This document shows, piece by piece, positions 51,977 through 64,000 of a stretch of DNA of 64,000 nt. Position 1 is the stretch's first letter. Each line of letters opens with the position of its first letter. The DNA is taken from positions 96,472,001 to 96,536,000 of the forward strand of contig OX597815.1 in assembly GCA_951406725.2 (NCBI GenBank), written 5' to 3'. The position numbers were made by a program, and so were the translations under genes. The stretch is from Octopus vulgaris (Eukaryota). The notes below the pieces were generated by a model that saw only the letters and a list, made by a program, of their open reading frames with translations, was not told the origin of the DNA and made no database searches.

Positions 51977-52150
51977 AAAATTCACACCCTATTTTACTGT
52001 GTATGATGGAAAGTGTCAGCTGTCCACAGCCAGCAGACTAAGGTGACATTCGTTTACTTCAATACCCCCGCGAAGAATTATTGTAGTTCCAAGCAATGCT
52101 AATTTTTGTAGGTGCTCTTCCTTTTGTAAGTGCACCAATCTTTTTAGCCA

Positions 52151-52151
<1 letters not shown>
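51977..52151 (-). mobile_element. Short 5'-truncated RLE element (family B-like) within (ATT)n
   Basis: EHLQKLALLGTTIILR plus 3' UTR with ACAGCTGACAC, like ACAGCTGGCAC in the element at 56544; (ATT)n on both sides. Confidence 0.7.
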
Positions 52152-52211
<60 letters not shown>

Positions 52212-53868
52212 TGGGGTTGGGCTTGAGTATAATGGAATTTTGTGTCTCAATACGTTTTACGATTTTCAGTTGAATTTCTGCTTTGAAGGCGATCAGATCT
52301 CATTTTTCGTTCATAACTTTCTTGAACTACTGACATAATTGCAAAAATGCAGTTTTTTTTTCTGTAAGACGCACCTCGTTGACAGTGTTTTCTTTGAAGA
52401 CGTATTCAGTTTTGAAAAAAATCGTTACATCTGTATTTAAAAAGCTGGGGGAATGAAAATCAATCATGACCTTCAAAGCCAGTCTCTATTATTGTCCGAT
52501 TCGAAAACAAACAATGATGATGTCACCATGACGATAAAAGAATTTGGCGCCATTACGATACCATATTCCATTGATTCTTTGAGGTCACTGCAAGACAACG
52601 AGACCAATTTTAGAAACCGCAGAATCGGAAACAACAACAGAATCGACAATAAAAATGTCGTGGACAACATCAAGAAAAAGAACAATAACAGTAATAACTA
52701 TAAGATTAACAATAACTATATGAGCAGTCATATCAATAATAGCAGCAACAACAACATTAACGGGAACATTAGAAATATAATGAATTGAAACTATTTTCGA
52801 GCACACCGGTCTCCAATAAACAAGCTACAACAGCAAAAGCAACAATGATAACTGATCCTCCCCCTACAGCGTGGCCGTAACCACGATCAGAATTGATGAA
52901 GACTTCGGAATCTTCAACACAGCAACGGCAGATATTTCAACAAACGCACAATTTTCACCGCCGTATATGAATTACAAATAAAAAAAATTAAAGAAATTAA
53001 TTAAGTCTATATAACGAAAACAAGTGCAAAATCTGTCTTGGATTAACAGCAAGAGAAGAGTAATATACTAGTGGATGTCGTTTAAGAAAGGGTGCCTCCA
53101 AAAGATCTTTAATCCCCAAGTGGAAATTTGCTTCAGAAGAATATTGTTTGACAATTCCAATATAGCAGTGTTGAAGTAAGATTCGTTACAGATGTTGAAC
53201 CAGACAATGTCATGCGTAGGAATGAAGATTTTCGGTCCGTATGTCTGTAACTGTACCACACACACAATAACAGTAATTACACTACCAGAAGCAATATCAG
53301 AAGTGTCATTACCTTACACTGGAACAATGATAGCCACAGAATTATTAACAGCAGGAAGACTACCACGAACATAAAACGCAGCGGTAGAAAATGGCCTCAA
53401 CAATTCGCAAAACACAACCACTATCGTCACAGACAGTACCGTATCAAATTCCGCTGAAATCCTCACACATTCACCTCTTTAATTGAGATCTGTGAATTTT
53501 GAGAATAGACTTTGCGGACTACTCTCTTTCATCATGAGGCTATGGCAAGAAGGAATCATCACAAGAAATATTTATCGAGGCCAAAGAGGGCTAGCAGTCT
53601 CTTCCCACGTGACCGATAGGCCAAACTGCTAGCCTTCTTTTGGGTCTGACCGTGGTCAGTGCAACATCGATATTCTTCCGTGTGTTTGTGAAATCTTAGT
53701 ATCTCTGCTGTAAGGCTTCCTTTCCACACACGCCAGCTGAATTCAATTCGTCCTCAGTCGAAAGACACCTGTTGTTATGTCCTGTTATTATTTTCATTGT
53801 ATCTATATTGTATCTATATTTGTGTAACGTCGTCTGGTTTTCCGTCCTATGTGGTGTAACTGTGTGGC

Positions 53869-54279
53869 GGCGCAGCAGGCGTGGCTGTGTGAAGGCGCAA
53901 GAGTGACTATGTGATAAGAAGCTTGATTCTCAACCGCATGGTTCCAGGTTTAGTACCACTCTGTGGCACCTTGGACAAGTGCCTTCCACTATAGCCTCAG
54001 GCCGACTAAAGCCTTGTGAAGGGGGTTTCGATGACGAAAACTGAAAGATACCCGGCGTATATATTTATATGTGCCTGCGTGCGTCTGTTTTTATCGTCCA
54101 TTACCATCGCTTGACAACCAATGTTGGTTTGTTGACATTCTCGTAACTTAGCTGTTCAGCAAAAGAATTAATATTAGGTTAACAAAGAAGTCTTGGGGTC
54201 GGTTTCTTCGACTAAAACGCTTTAAAGTGGTACTCCAGCATGGCCACAGTCAAATAACTGAAACAAGTAAAAGATTAAG
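53869..54279 (+). mobile_element. Near full-length tRNA-derived SINE
   Basis: GCAGGCGTGGCTGTGTG head, GGTTCCAGGTTTAGTACCAC B-box region, CACCTTGGACAAGTG core, tail CCAGCATGGCCACAGTCAAATAACTGAAACAAGTAAAAG; several paralogs in the window. Confidence 0.8.
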
Positions 54280-54689
54280 AGTGTATAATCATGAAATAAA
54301 AAAGACGAGATGTAGGAACAAACACAACAGTCAACGACACTCACCCTACAAGACCATATCAACTTGGATCAAAAATATAATGCTGTAGGAGAGTGTACCA
54401 CATAAAAAGAGATTCACCACATGGAGTGGCTTTGACAAACATTTCTTAAAACACAACTCGATACATTCAAAGTGTTGATGGACACCAACCCCCAGAAAAC
54501 ACTAACGACTATATGCATTTTTGACATAGACCACTGCTTAAGGTCCAAATGAGATCATGCATGCATTAATTTCAATTGGTATTGGTAACTGCAATATTCC
54601 TTTCCAGGTGAACTGATATCTCACTGTTCAGTGAACACCTCAGAAGTAACCCTTTGTGACTCCTCTGTGAAATCCACAATATTTAGCAT

Positions 54690-55220
54690 GCTGGGACCAT
54701 GAAGTAGCTGCAGAAATAGGGTTTATTCCCGAAGGACATTCATGCTGAAAGAGTTGCTACATTAGGCAATAAAGCTCAAGTTTGTCAATAGTGAAAATGT
54801 AAGCACCTGAATTGAGGAAAAGAAGAAAAATTGTTGAACATGACCAAGTTTGGAAAGTCCTGCACCTCCCACCTACAAGGAAAATATTGATCGCGTTAAC
54901 CACATGCTGGTGCAGGACATGCTATTGATCAAATAACAAGTGCTATTAGCATATCTCCGGAGAGAGTTGAGAATGTTTTGGACAATGTACATGACGAAGG
55001 TTTCTGCTCGGTATATGCCACATTTTCTGACACACACCAAAAAGTGTACTACTCTTATCACATCACGGAAAAATTTGAAATTGTATGAGGCAGATCCAGC
55101 TGGTATTCTGAAACATTTCTAACTCAGGATGAGAGTTAGATTCCTTACTTTGAGCCGGAGACAAAGAGACAATCCATTCAGAATGAATATCCCTTCCTCA
55201 CCTGCTCCAATAAAAGGCCA
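54690..55220 (+). mobile_element. Decayed mariner transposase fragment
   Basis: PKDIHAE.VATLG (HTH), ENIDRVNHML, KVSARYMPHFLT (WVPHxL motif), LYEADPAG..FLTQDES, FEPETKRQSIQ, PSSPAP. Confidence 0.82.
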
Positions 55221-55647
55221 TGGACTTCTAGTTTTCCTATTCAAGTTCTATAGCTCGACCTTTATCTATTTCAGAAGAGGAGCAGAGTACCTCAGTACAT
55301 ACATTTTCAATTTCTTTATTGTTCCTGCTCTTTAATTCCAATCCTCTTCCTGAACCCTCTTCTGTACTCTTTAGTGACTTTCTCTGCAATTTCTCATATT
55401 ACCCTACAGTCTTGCTTGACTTCTGAATATTTGTACCGTTCATTGTTCCACAGCGCTCAGTAGGCGGTGTCTTGTGGTAATTTTCTCGTATTAGAATTTA
55501 AATTCAGGCCTCATTTCATAATTAGCATCGTTGCAAATATGTTATCCTGTGATAATTTTATGCTGCTATCAAATTTTTTTACGACCATTCTTTACCATTA
55601 TCGTTAAAATCATCGTCGTCATCGTCCTCCTCATCAACATCATCGTC

Positions 55648-55928
55648 ATCATTTTCACTACTATATTTATCACGTGTTTTCACCGCACTACTGGGTACAG
55701 CATTAGGCATGTGCTCTGGTTTGTTGTGGTGCTCTTGTTTTCACTGTATTGAAAGTGCTTTACGGAGGAAGCGTGCGAGGCCTAGTGGAGCTATTTTCTG
55801 CATGATATATACATACATTCTTAACTTTTGATGTTTTTGTTATGTATATATCTGAATGTTTTTAATCAAACCTAATGCAGCTATTATTATAGGGACTGTT
55901 TTGTTTTTATGTTCCATATTCATGTTAT

Positions 55929-55964
<36 letters not shown>

Positions 55965-56091
55965 TAGCTTTATTTTTATAGCGTGCTTTCACTTCACTAC
56001 CGAGCGCAGCTCTGTGTGCCTTGGGTATGTGCTGTGATACACAGAGCTGCGCTCGGTAGTGAAGTGAAAGCACGCTATAAAAATAAAGCTA

Positions 56092-56148
<57 letters not shown>

Positions 56149-56433
56149 ATAACATGAATATGGAACATAAAAACAAAACAGTCCCTATAATAATAGCTGC
56201 ATTAGGTTTGATTAAAAACATTCAGATATATAAATAACAAAAACATCAAAAGTTAAGAATGTATGTATATATCATGCAGAAAATAGCTCCACTAGGCCTC
56301 GCACGCTTCCTCCGTAAAGCACTTTCAATACAGTGAAAACAAGAGCACCACAACAAACCAGAGCACATGCCTAATGCTGTACCCAGTAGTGCGGTGAAAA
56401 CACATGATAAATATAGTAACTAGTGAAAATGAT
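55648..56433. repeat. Near-perfect long inverted repeat (arms 55648-56017 and 56039-56433, 21-nt spacer) built from RLE family A 3' ends
   Basis: By eye, the arms differ only by 2 substitutions, one 4-nt indel and (ATT)n length. Confidence 0.95.
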
Positions 56434-56457
56434 TATTATTATTATTATTATTATTAC

Positions 56458-56539
<82 letters not shown>

Positions 56540-56543
56540 TATT

Positions 56544-59055
56544 CTCTTTACACAGTTTCTAACGCTATAGATGTACAACGGTGCCAGCTGTTCACTACCA
56601 GTGAACATCCCTTATTTTTCGAGCATCATCCGGAGTATTCGAGCGGTTCTAAGCAATACTGTTTTCTGCAAGTGCTCTTCCCTAATTGCAGCCCCTATTT
56701 ATTCCAAATACTTTTCAAGATTTCTACTCACTGTTCCCCAAGGCTCCGACAATTATTGGTACTAACACCGCCTATTTCAGTGACAACATATGCTTAACCT
56801 CCAAAGAGAACGTGTCATATCTTTCGACATGTCTTTCTTCCATATCGCATACCTTGTTTTCAGCTGGGCATACTATTTCTATGATACAATATCGTTTCCT
56901 TTATTTCTATCTTAACCTTGTCTGGCTTCCTATTCTCTATCTCATGGTCGTACTGAATCATAAAATCCTATAGGATCTTTGTATTATCATTTTTAGATGA
57001 TGCACTCAGGTTCATGATCTTACTCTATTTTTTGCTGTGTCAAATCCATAGTTGTTGCAAAGTGTCCAATGAGCAATCCTTGCTATATTGTCATCACATC
57101 TCTTGTATTCTTTCTGAGAAAGTGTCGAACACAACATTAGAGCAAAAGAAAGCAACATAGCATGGTAATATTCTTTACGGTTTCACCATTTTGTCCACAC
57201 ATTCTGGACTTATCACTTTCAGATGTGTTCTCTATTCTGTATTTGATGTAATTCCTTCGTAGTACTTGCTCTAGGGCAGCACAGATTAGAGCCACCATTT
57301 TCTGTTTTAAATCACTTTTAGTCATCGATAGCCATCTTGTTTTCTCTCTCTGTTTTATCTTCAACATCCTTACGTAATTGTACATACATTTTTTCTTTAT
57401 CCTGCTATTTTCAGCTTCATTCATTCTCAAGTGCTTGTACAGTGCTTTATCCTTGCAATCTTTCAATCTACACAAGCTTGACCTACTTACTTCTAATAAT
57501 AGCGGTTCTGTTGCATTTTGCACGTGCCATGCTATGTTGCTTTCTTCTGCTCTAATGCTGTGTTCGATTTAATAAGTCTTCTTTCCCCACATTTTTCCTG
57601 GTCCATACAGTCTGTCTGTGTCACTTTTTCGATGAAGTGACCCATATCTAGTTAGCAATTTCCCTGTCTTTCTGTCAAAGCTGTTAAGTTCGTCTGCTGG
57701 CCATGCGATTACCCCTACTCTATATCTAAGGAGTGAAACCGCCCAGGTGTTGGTAGTTTCAATCTTATTCCGTCCGTTTAAATTCAACTTGAGGTTCTTT
57801 GCTAGTACTTTACATTAATTTTTTCTGTCATTTCTTTCTCCATCACTTTATCCATTTCCAATATCCCTAAGTACTTATAACCCGTCTTTTCTGTCTGCTT
57901 CATTACCTCCCCCGACGGTATCGTTAGCCCGTTCATACATTTGATTTTGCCGCACTTCAAGACTAATACACCACACTTTTTCAGTCCTAACTCCATTCAG
58001 ATATCAGTACTGAAAGTATACACCGTATCAACGAGGGAATTTACTTGGGATTCATATTTACCAGTTTGAGGTCATCCACGAATAACAAGTGGTTGACTTT
58101 TTGTTGACGGCTTTTGAATACATACTCAGTTTTTCTTTCCGCAGAATCAGTGTTCGTGGTATCATGCACAGTACAAAGATCTGTGGGGATAGACACACTC
58201 CTTCGAAGATACCTTTTCTGATTTCTCTTGTCTCTAAATTTCTTTCATATGTTGTCAGTTCCGTTCTCGTCTTCGCCATAGATTTTCCAAGCAATCGCTT
58301 AACATTTGATGCAATACTAAATTGGATCATAGATTTCATACTACAAGAATGTTGGATCATATAGTAAGTCTTACGATAATCAATCCATGAAATGGCAAAG
58401 TTTTCCTCCTCTTCCAGTCTCTATTTAAAGTTTTGTCTAACAGGAGTTGAGTTGATCCTCTGTACCTCTGCAATTAGGCTTATAACCCCTCTGCTCATGT
58501 GGCAGGACACCATTTTTTCCAGATGTTTGTACATGATTCTGCGAATATTACAGTCAATAATTTCCACAAAAGTTGCAAGCATGATGTCGGCCTGTAACTG
58601 TCTACCGTATTGTCTTTTACGATGTTTTTCAATTGCCAACTACCCTGGTGTTACTTGGTCGACATTTAACATTTGTGTTGTGCAGCTATTCGTGCATGAC
58701 ATTCACCAAATCTTTTTTATCGAGTAGGCTTGAACTTTATCTGGTCCCGGGGCATTCGATTTGCCCATGGTTTTGCAGATTTCCTTCACCTCCCTAACTG
58801 AAATTACTAGTTCTGCCTCTTTTGGAAGTCTACTATTTGTTTCAATTCTTGCAACCATTCAGCATCCTTCATGTGCTCCTTGTCTTTGCTCCAAATGACA
58901 GTTCAAAACCTTTGACTTTCAATGTTGTCTGGTATCAACTTTTCACCTGTATACTCTCCATGTATTTTTTTTTTCGTACAATCACTTTTGATCTACTCTG
59001 AATAACCTATTCTGCTGGTAACCCTTCATCCTATGGTCGCTCGTTTTGCTATCTA
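56544..59055 (-). mobile_element. Degenerate, 5'-truncated R4/Dong-type RLE retrotransposon (family B) within (ATT)n
   Basis: IRKGIFEGVCLSPQIFVLCMIP, GLKKCGVLVLKCGK...YKYLGILE, LNGRNKIETTNTWAVSLLRY...HRKSDTDRLY, RMCGQNGETV, LQKTVLLRTARILR; (ATT)n on both flanks. Confidence 0.9.
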
Positions 59056-59111
59056 TTGTTGTTGTTATTATTATTATTATTATTATCATTAGTATTATTA
59101 TTATTATTATT

Positions 59112-59618
59112 GAGTGAGAGAGCAGTGCATGCCATCAAAGTGACACTGGGGTAAAATATACGAAGCCCAATATACCCATCATGACTACCCGTCTGATAAA
59201 GGTACACCAGGCACATGCATCACAGCCATATGTGCGTGACATGGTGATCTCATATCAAGATAAACAGCACATGACCTTGCAGGTGGGGCCCAGTTAGAAT
59301 TTTCTTCAGGTTGAGTAGCCCATCCCGCTCAAAAGGTCCCTGAGTAAGGGTTGTTTAAGGATGTTGAAAGAACCACCCATGTTTCCAGAGGTGAATTATT
59401 CAAACCCCAAAGAATCCCTCTCAACACATGGCTATGATGCTCCCCCACTACTTCTGCTCGTGATCAGAGATGCACATATCGTCAGCCACTAAGGGACGTG
59501 CTCAACTGGTTAAGGTCAAACTGACAAGCAAATCTGTGGTATTGAGCAGAATATTTGATGTAGCCCATCTTTTATACGAAGACAAAATGTACATTATAAC
59601 ACTCCCAATCAGTTAAAA

Positions 59619-59619
<1 letters not shown>
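59112..59619 (-). mobile_element. Best-preserved copy of the ~550 bp non-coding (ATT)n-associated repeat
   Basis: (ATT)n on both flanks; matches the copies at 8944 and 51214/51419; no ORF or tRNA boxes seen. Confidence 0.88.
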
Positions 59620-59672
<53 letters not shown>

Positions 59673-59809
59673 AATTATTATTATTGTTGTTGTTGTTGTT
59701 GTTGTTTTATTATTGTTATTATTATTATTATTACTATTATTATTAATAGTAATCAAGAAACCACTTCTCCAACATACTGAGTCTTTTACCTGTAGCATCA
59801 AGTACTATT

Positions 59810-60060
59810 GTGGCAGCAATATTGCAGAAACTTTAGCAGCCCGGTAACAATACTTAGCAGGATTTGCCCTGTCTTTCAGTACTGAGTTCAAATTCAGCCA
59901 TGGTCAATGTTGTTTTTAATCAGTTTAAGGTTGATAAAACATGTACGAATTAAACACTAGGTTTGATGTAATCGACTAACTTCCTTAAAAAATCCCAACC
60001 CGCCCACCTGCACACAAAAAAATTCCTTCTTGATGCCTGTAGTGGAATGGATTAATATTA
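59810..60060 (+). mobile_element. Decayed SINE (family of 20148-20562)
   Basis: CTGAGTTCAAATTCAGCC...GGTTGATAAAAC...GATGTAATCGACT. Confidence 0.6.
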
Positions 60061-60736
60061 CAAGACAACATACTATCCTCCGGGGAGTGTTTTGCTACTT
60101 AACAATCATCGTCGTGTATATGAGTGTGATGGAAGACTATTATCGTATTTGTAGTATCGTTTTTTATTATTTTATTTTTATTTTTAATTAATACTAGTAT
60201 TATCTATCGTTATCAGGAATTATTTGTTCATGTGTCAAGAACTTTGTGACATGTACTGCTAAATCTTATCCATAGTATAGCTTCTATTTCAAAACCTTGT
60301 ATAGACCCTCCAGTCATAGTTTCAATGACATCTCAAACAAACAGTTATTATCAACTACGTTAAAATTCACTCCACCATCACCTTATTTCTCCTATCAAAT
60401 TTTACAAACTACAAGCTGCACTGCTAGCATCACCACTGCATTGACATCACGATTAACCTCACTCTGATCAACATCTTCACCATTACCATCGTTATTATCA
60501 TTAATACCATCATTTCCATGACAATTATCTCTTATTTTCTTTCTAATCACAACCAACAATAAATTGCACTACTTTTCTCTTACCATTTCTCACATACCCA
60601 CACAAGAATTATTTATTTCTCTGTGTAAAATTTTCTGTCAGCTGTGAGATACGTATATACATATATATATATTCATGTATGTATGTTTTTATATGTAAAT
60701 ACGTACACACACATAAACACACGCAATGACACACAC

Positions 60737-60777
<41 letters not shown>

Positions 60778-61901
60778 TGCGTATATATGCATATATACAC
60801 GAACACACATATATACATATGCATGTATGTATGTATATATATGTACGTATGTATATACATATGCACATATATGTATATACATTCATGCACATAGTTATAT
60901 GTGTTTATGAGAGTGTGTGTGTATGTGTGTGTGTACGCTCGTGAACATACGCGTACGATATGTATCTGAATGTGTAGTGTGTGTATGTATATATTTATAC
61001 TTGTATTTATTTTATTAAACGTTGATTTATTTTTCTTTTTATAAATATTTTGCATAGCTTCTCACATTGAAATTCATTTCTGTCGAGGTTATCAATGCTC
61101 GACTTTCGCTTCTACTCCAACCTACACTGCATTACATGCAATATAACACATCTATAAAATTCAATCATCTTAACAGTCTTCTATCTGCATCTTTTTCCTA
61201 GTTGCCTCGTCACTATCCATTTTATCTTCATTTCTATGTCATTTATTAGCATTTCTCATTTCCATTTCCCCTCCTCTTTCTCTCTCAATGTCTATTTCTA
61301 CTTGTATCACTCACTCAGTATTGCTGCCTCACCCTGTCAAATGTCTTTAAATTGCAAAGCTTAAATAATACACTAAGTAATGTTTATATCATATCATTTA
61401 AATTTTGAATGAAAACTTACACGCATGATATACATACGTGGAAATCCAATTTTCATATAAAGACGCAAACAGAACACATCGAATGTTTTAAAATCTCACT
61501 TGTAAATAATGGAATTATATACATTTATATCCGTTTTCTTGAATCTCTGTCTTTGTTACTCTATGTACATAAGCATATAAGAATGTCGCCTGGTATCTGC
61601 ATAGGAGTATACAACAAGAATAGGAATACTATACAATTTGTGACAAGACGTATATTTAGAAAAAGGAACAGCTTCTAGCGGCGTAACCTCTTGTCATCAA
61701 AAACGACGTGCATAAATTCATACATACATACATAAATACATATATACATATATACATATATACATACATACATACATACGTACTTACATACATACATATA
61801 CTTATATTATGTTATAAATATATATATATATATATATATATACATACATATATTTCGTTTGGGGATTTGGTTTGCAAGATTCTTTATTTGAGTTCGTGTG
61901 T

Positions 61902-62826
61902 TGAAGTATATTCTGTTGTGTCTGGGGAAAGTAATTTTCTTCATCGGTAAATATTCCACTTATTTCTTATTTTTCTTTTCCTAAAATTTTCCTACAATAG
62001 TCTTGATTCTGTCCGTTATTTACACTGCGTTTCTTTCTGTTTGTTTGTGCGCATGTGTGTGGGTTAGTGTTTGTGTGTGTGTGTGTGCCTTTGCATGCAT
62101 GTATGTATGTGTGTGTATGTATATATGCATGTGTGTATGTATACATGTATGTGTATGCATATGTATATATGTGCGTGCATATGTATGTATGCAGTCTACA
62201 TATTCATGTGCTTGCACGTCGTGTTTGTGTATTTTCAATGTTTGTGTGTTTGAGCATGTGTTTGTATATGTATGCACCTCTGTCTCCTTGTGTGTGCATG
62301 CCTGTGTGTGTGTGTTTTACAACTATGTACCACGTGTGTCCTTGTGTGGAATAAACTATGTAGCATATGTGCCCTTGGGTGGGGTAAAGTGTATGTGTAT
62401 ATATGGTCATGTGTTTCAGTCTCCATTTAAGTAGGTGTGCTTGTCTTTTCATATAACCTATGCACCTATCCGTCTGTATGTTGATCTGTTTCTATTCATA
62501 TCCATATGCTTACATACATATGCATACACATCCACACACACATGCATACATCTATCTACATAGCAGCCCACTAACTATTCTACTATACCTGTGTATATTG
62601 TGTAACAGACAAGCACACATACGCAAATGGAGACTGAAACACATGACCATATATACAGACACTTTACTCTACAAAAGGGCACATGTGGAGAGACGGGTTC
62701 ACATATGTAGAAATGCACATCCATACATACAAACACGGTACATAGTTACAAAAGACACACACAGACATGCACAAACAAGGAAACAGAAGTGCATACATAT
62801 ACAAACACACGCTCACACACACACAC

Positions 62827-62862
<36 letters not shown>

Positions 62863-63070
62863 ATCCACATACATGCTCACAAACAAACAAATAAAAACAC
62901 AGTGTAAATAACGGACAAAATCAAAGCTATTGAAACGATTGTGAGACGCAACGAAAATTTTAGGAAAATAAAAATAAGAAATAAGTGGAAATTTTACCGG
63001 TGAGTGTGTTAAATTATAAGGAACAATAAGAAAATGACTCTCCCCAAACACAACAGAATACATACATTCA
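61902..63070. repeat. Diverged inverted repeat (arms ~61902-62446 and ~62607-63070)
   Basis: TATTCTGTTGTGTCTGGGGA...TTCCACTTATTTCTTATTTT...GTCCGTTATTTACACTG...GTGTTTCAGTCTCCATTT mirrored on the right arm with indels. Confidence 0.85.
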
Positions 63071-63092
63071 TATATATATATATATATATATA

Positions 63093-63935
63093 CTAGCTTA
63101 AGGTGACTCGCTCTACGCGTGGATGAGGGTGTGGTTGTTACTTTCTGTTGCTTCCTTTCTGTCTCTTATCACCACATTCTACCTCTTTGTATCTCTCTCC
63201 TTTCTCTCTCAATTTACCACCCTTATTCTTCCTTTCTATCGGATTCTCACTCGCTTTCTCTCACTCTCTATCTTTATCTATCTCTCTCCCATTTATAAAA
63301 CAACAAAAGATCTTGTGTAAGTTGAGAAAGAAAATATTTAGAAAGATTAATCATAAATATCAGGCAGTGACAACGGTAAGCACACTTTCCTTTTGTAGGT
63401 GCCACTATTTGAGCGATTGAAATAAGGAAAAAAGGATTTCTTTGTTGAATTTAGTAATTATTTTGGGAATTTTTTCGGCGATTCACCATGCAAATGAAAG
63501 GTCTAAACACGGGTTACATGCAGCTGTAAATTTCTTTCAGAAAAATGAAAACTGTAAACAATAAAAAATAAACGACAAAAATACGTAAAAAAAGTAATTT
63601 TTCAACTTCAAAAATATTGCCCTAATTTTCAAAATTTCGAAACCATTTTCTTCGCTTAAATTACAAATCCGCTTCCACTTTACCATGTTGAAAATTTGAT
63701 TGAAATCGGGCAAAAGGTGTCCAATCTAGACTCTCAAGTGTCCTCCCAAATCAAGAAAATCCCCGTTTTCACACCAAAGCAAACACTGTAGTACCCCAAA
63801 AGTGTTCCTATCAATTTCACGCCTCAAGTTACCTCCTCCTCTAAATTTTAATCCCCTTCCAGTCTCATTTAGACCTCTTTTTACATAAAAACCCAATTTG
63901 TATCAACTTCTTCCTTCTTTATTTTATAGATTAGA
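63093..63935 (-). mobile_element. Non-autonomous Helitron-like element
   Basis: Minus strand starts A|TCTAATCTATAAAATAAAG and ends with an imperfect GC hairpin (CCACGCGTAGAGCGAGT) followed by CTAG|T next to (TA)n. Confidence 0.55.
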
Positions 63936-64000
63936 TTAAACATAACCGCATTTAGCCCGTGCAGCAACAGGAAAAGCCACCATTATTCAAAAAGCGCAAC

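Noticed and set aside
51541-52046. Poly-R/S/F/K/N/I ORFs (also 10039-10364, 13908-14316, 45229-45530, 56420-56797)
   Set aside because: Trinucleotide microsatellite artefacts.
52453-53480. Asn/Thr-rich ORFs 52453-52788 and 53192-53374
   Set aside because: Look like decayed (AAC/AAT)-rich low-complexity DNA; no domain or splice support.
62920-62970. Hammerhead-like stem followed by CGAAA-ATTT-TA in the right arm of the inverted repeat
   Set aside because: No CUGANGA core and no convincing stem I.

Overview
AT-rich, microsatellite-dense eukaryotic DNA. The repeat content suggests a mollusc, most likely an octopus or other cephalopod (inferred from recalled repeat families, not verified). No host protein-coding exon can be supported, and most short ORFs in the track are translations of simple repeats. 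The window is dominated by transposable elements. (i) One apparently full-length, near-intact 4.6 kb APE-type (CR1-group) LINE at 37439-42077 sits in a (TA)n tract. Its reading frame runs Myb/SANT-like domain, polyQ, 2x CCCH zinc finger, APE endonuclease, RT, and is broken only by two compensating 1-nt indels; a decayed relative with the same domain order lies at ~7.9-8.9 kb. (ii) Several R4/Dong-type RLE non-LTR retrotransposons and an ORF-less ~550 bp partner repeat are all embedded in (ATT)n with the same polarity, plus another RLE family in (ATGT)n. (iii) A near-perfect 786 bp palindrome looks like a snap-back product of a 77-nt retrotransposon insertion. (iv) Decayed Gypsy, RTE, mariner, Helitron and Penelope-like relics (with hammerhead-ribozyme motifs), several tRNA-derived SINE families and a 5S rRNA relic. 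All calls are by eye; boundaries of decayed elements are approximate.
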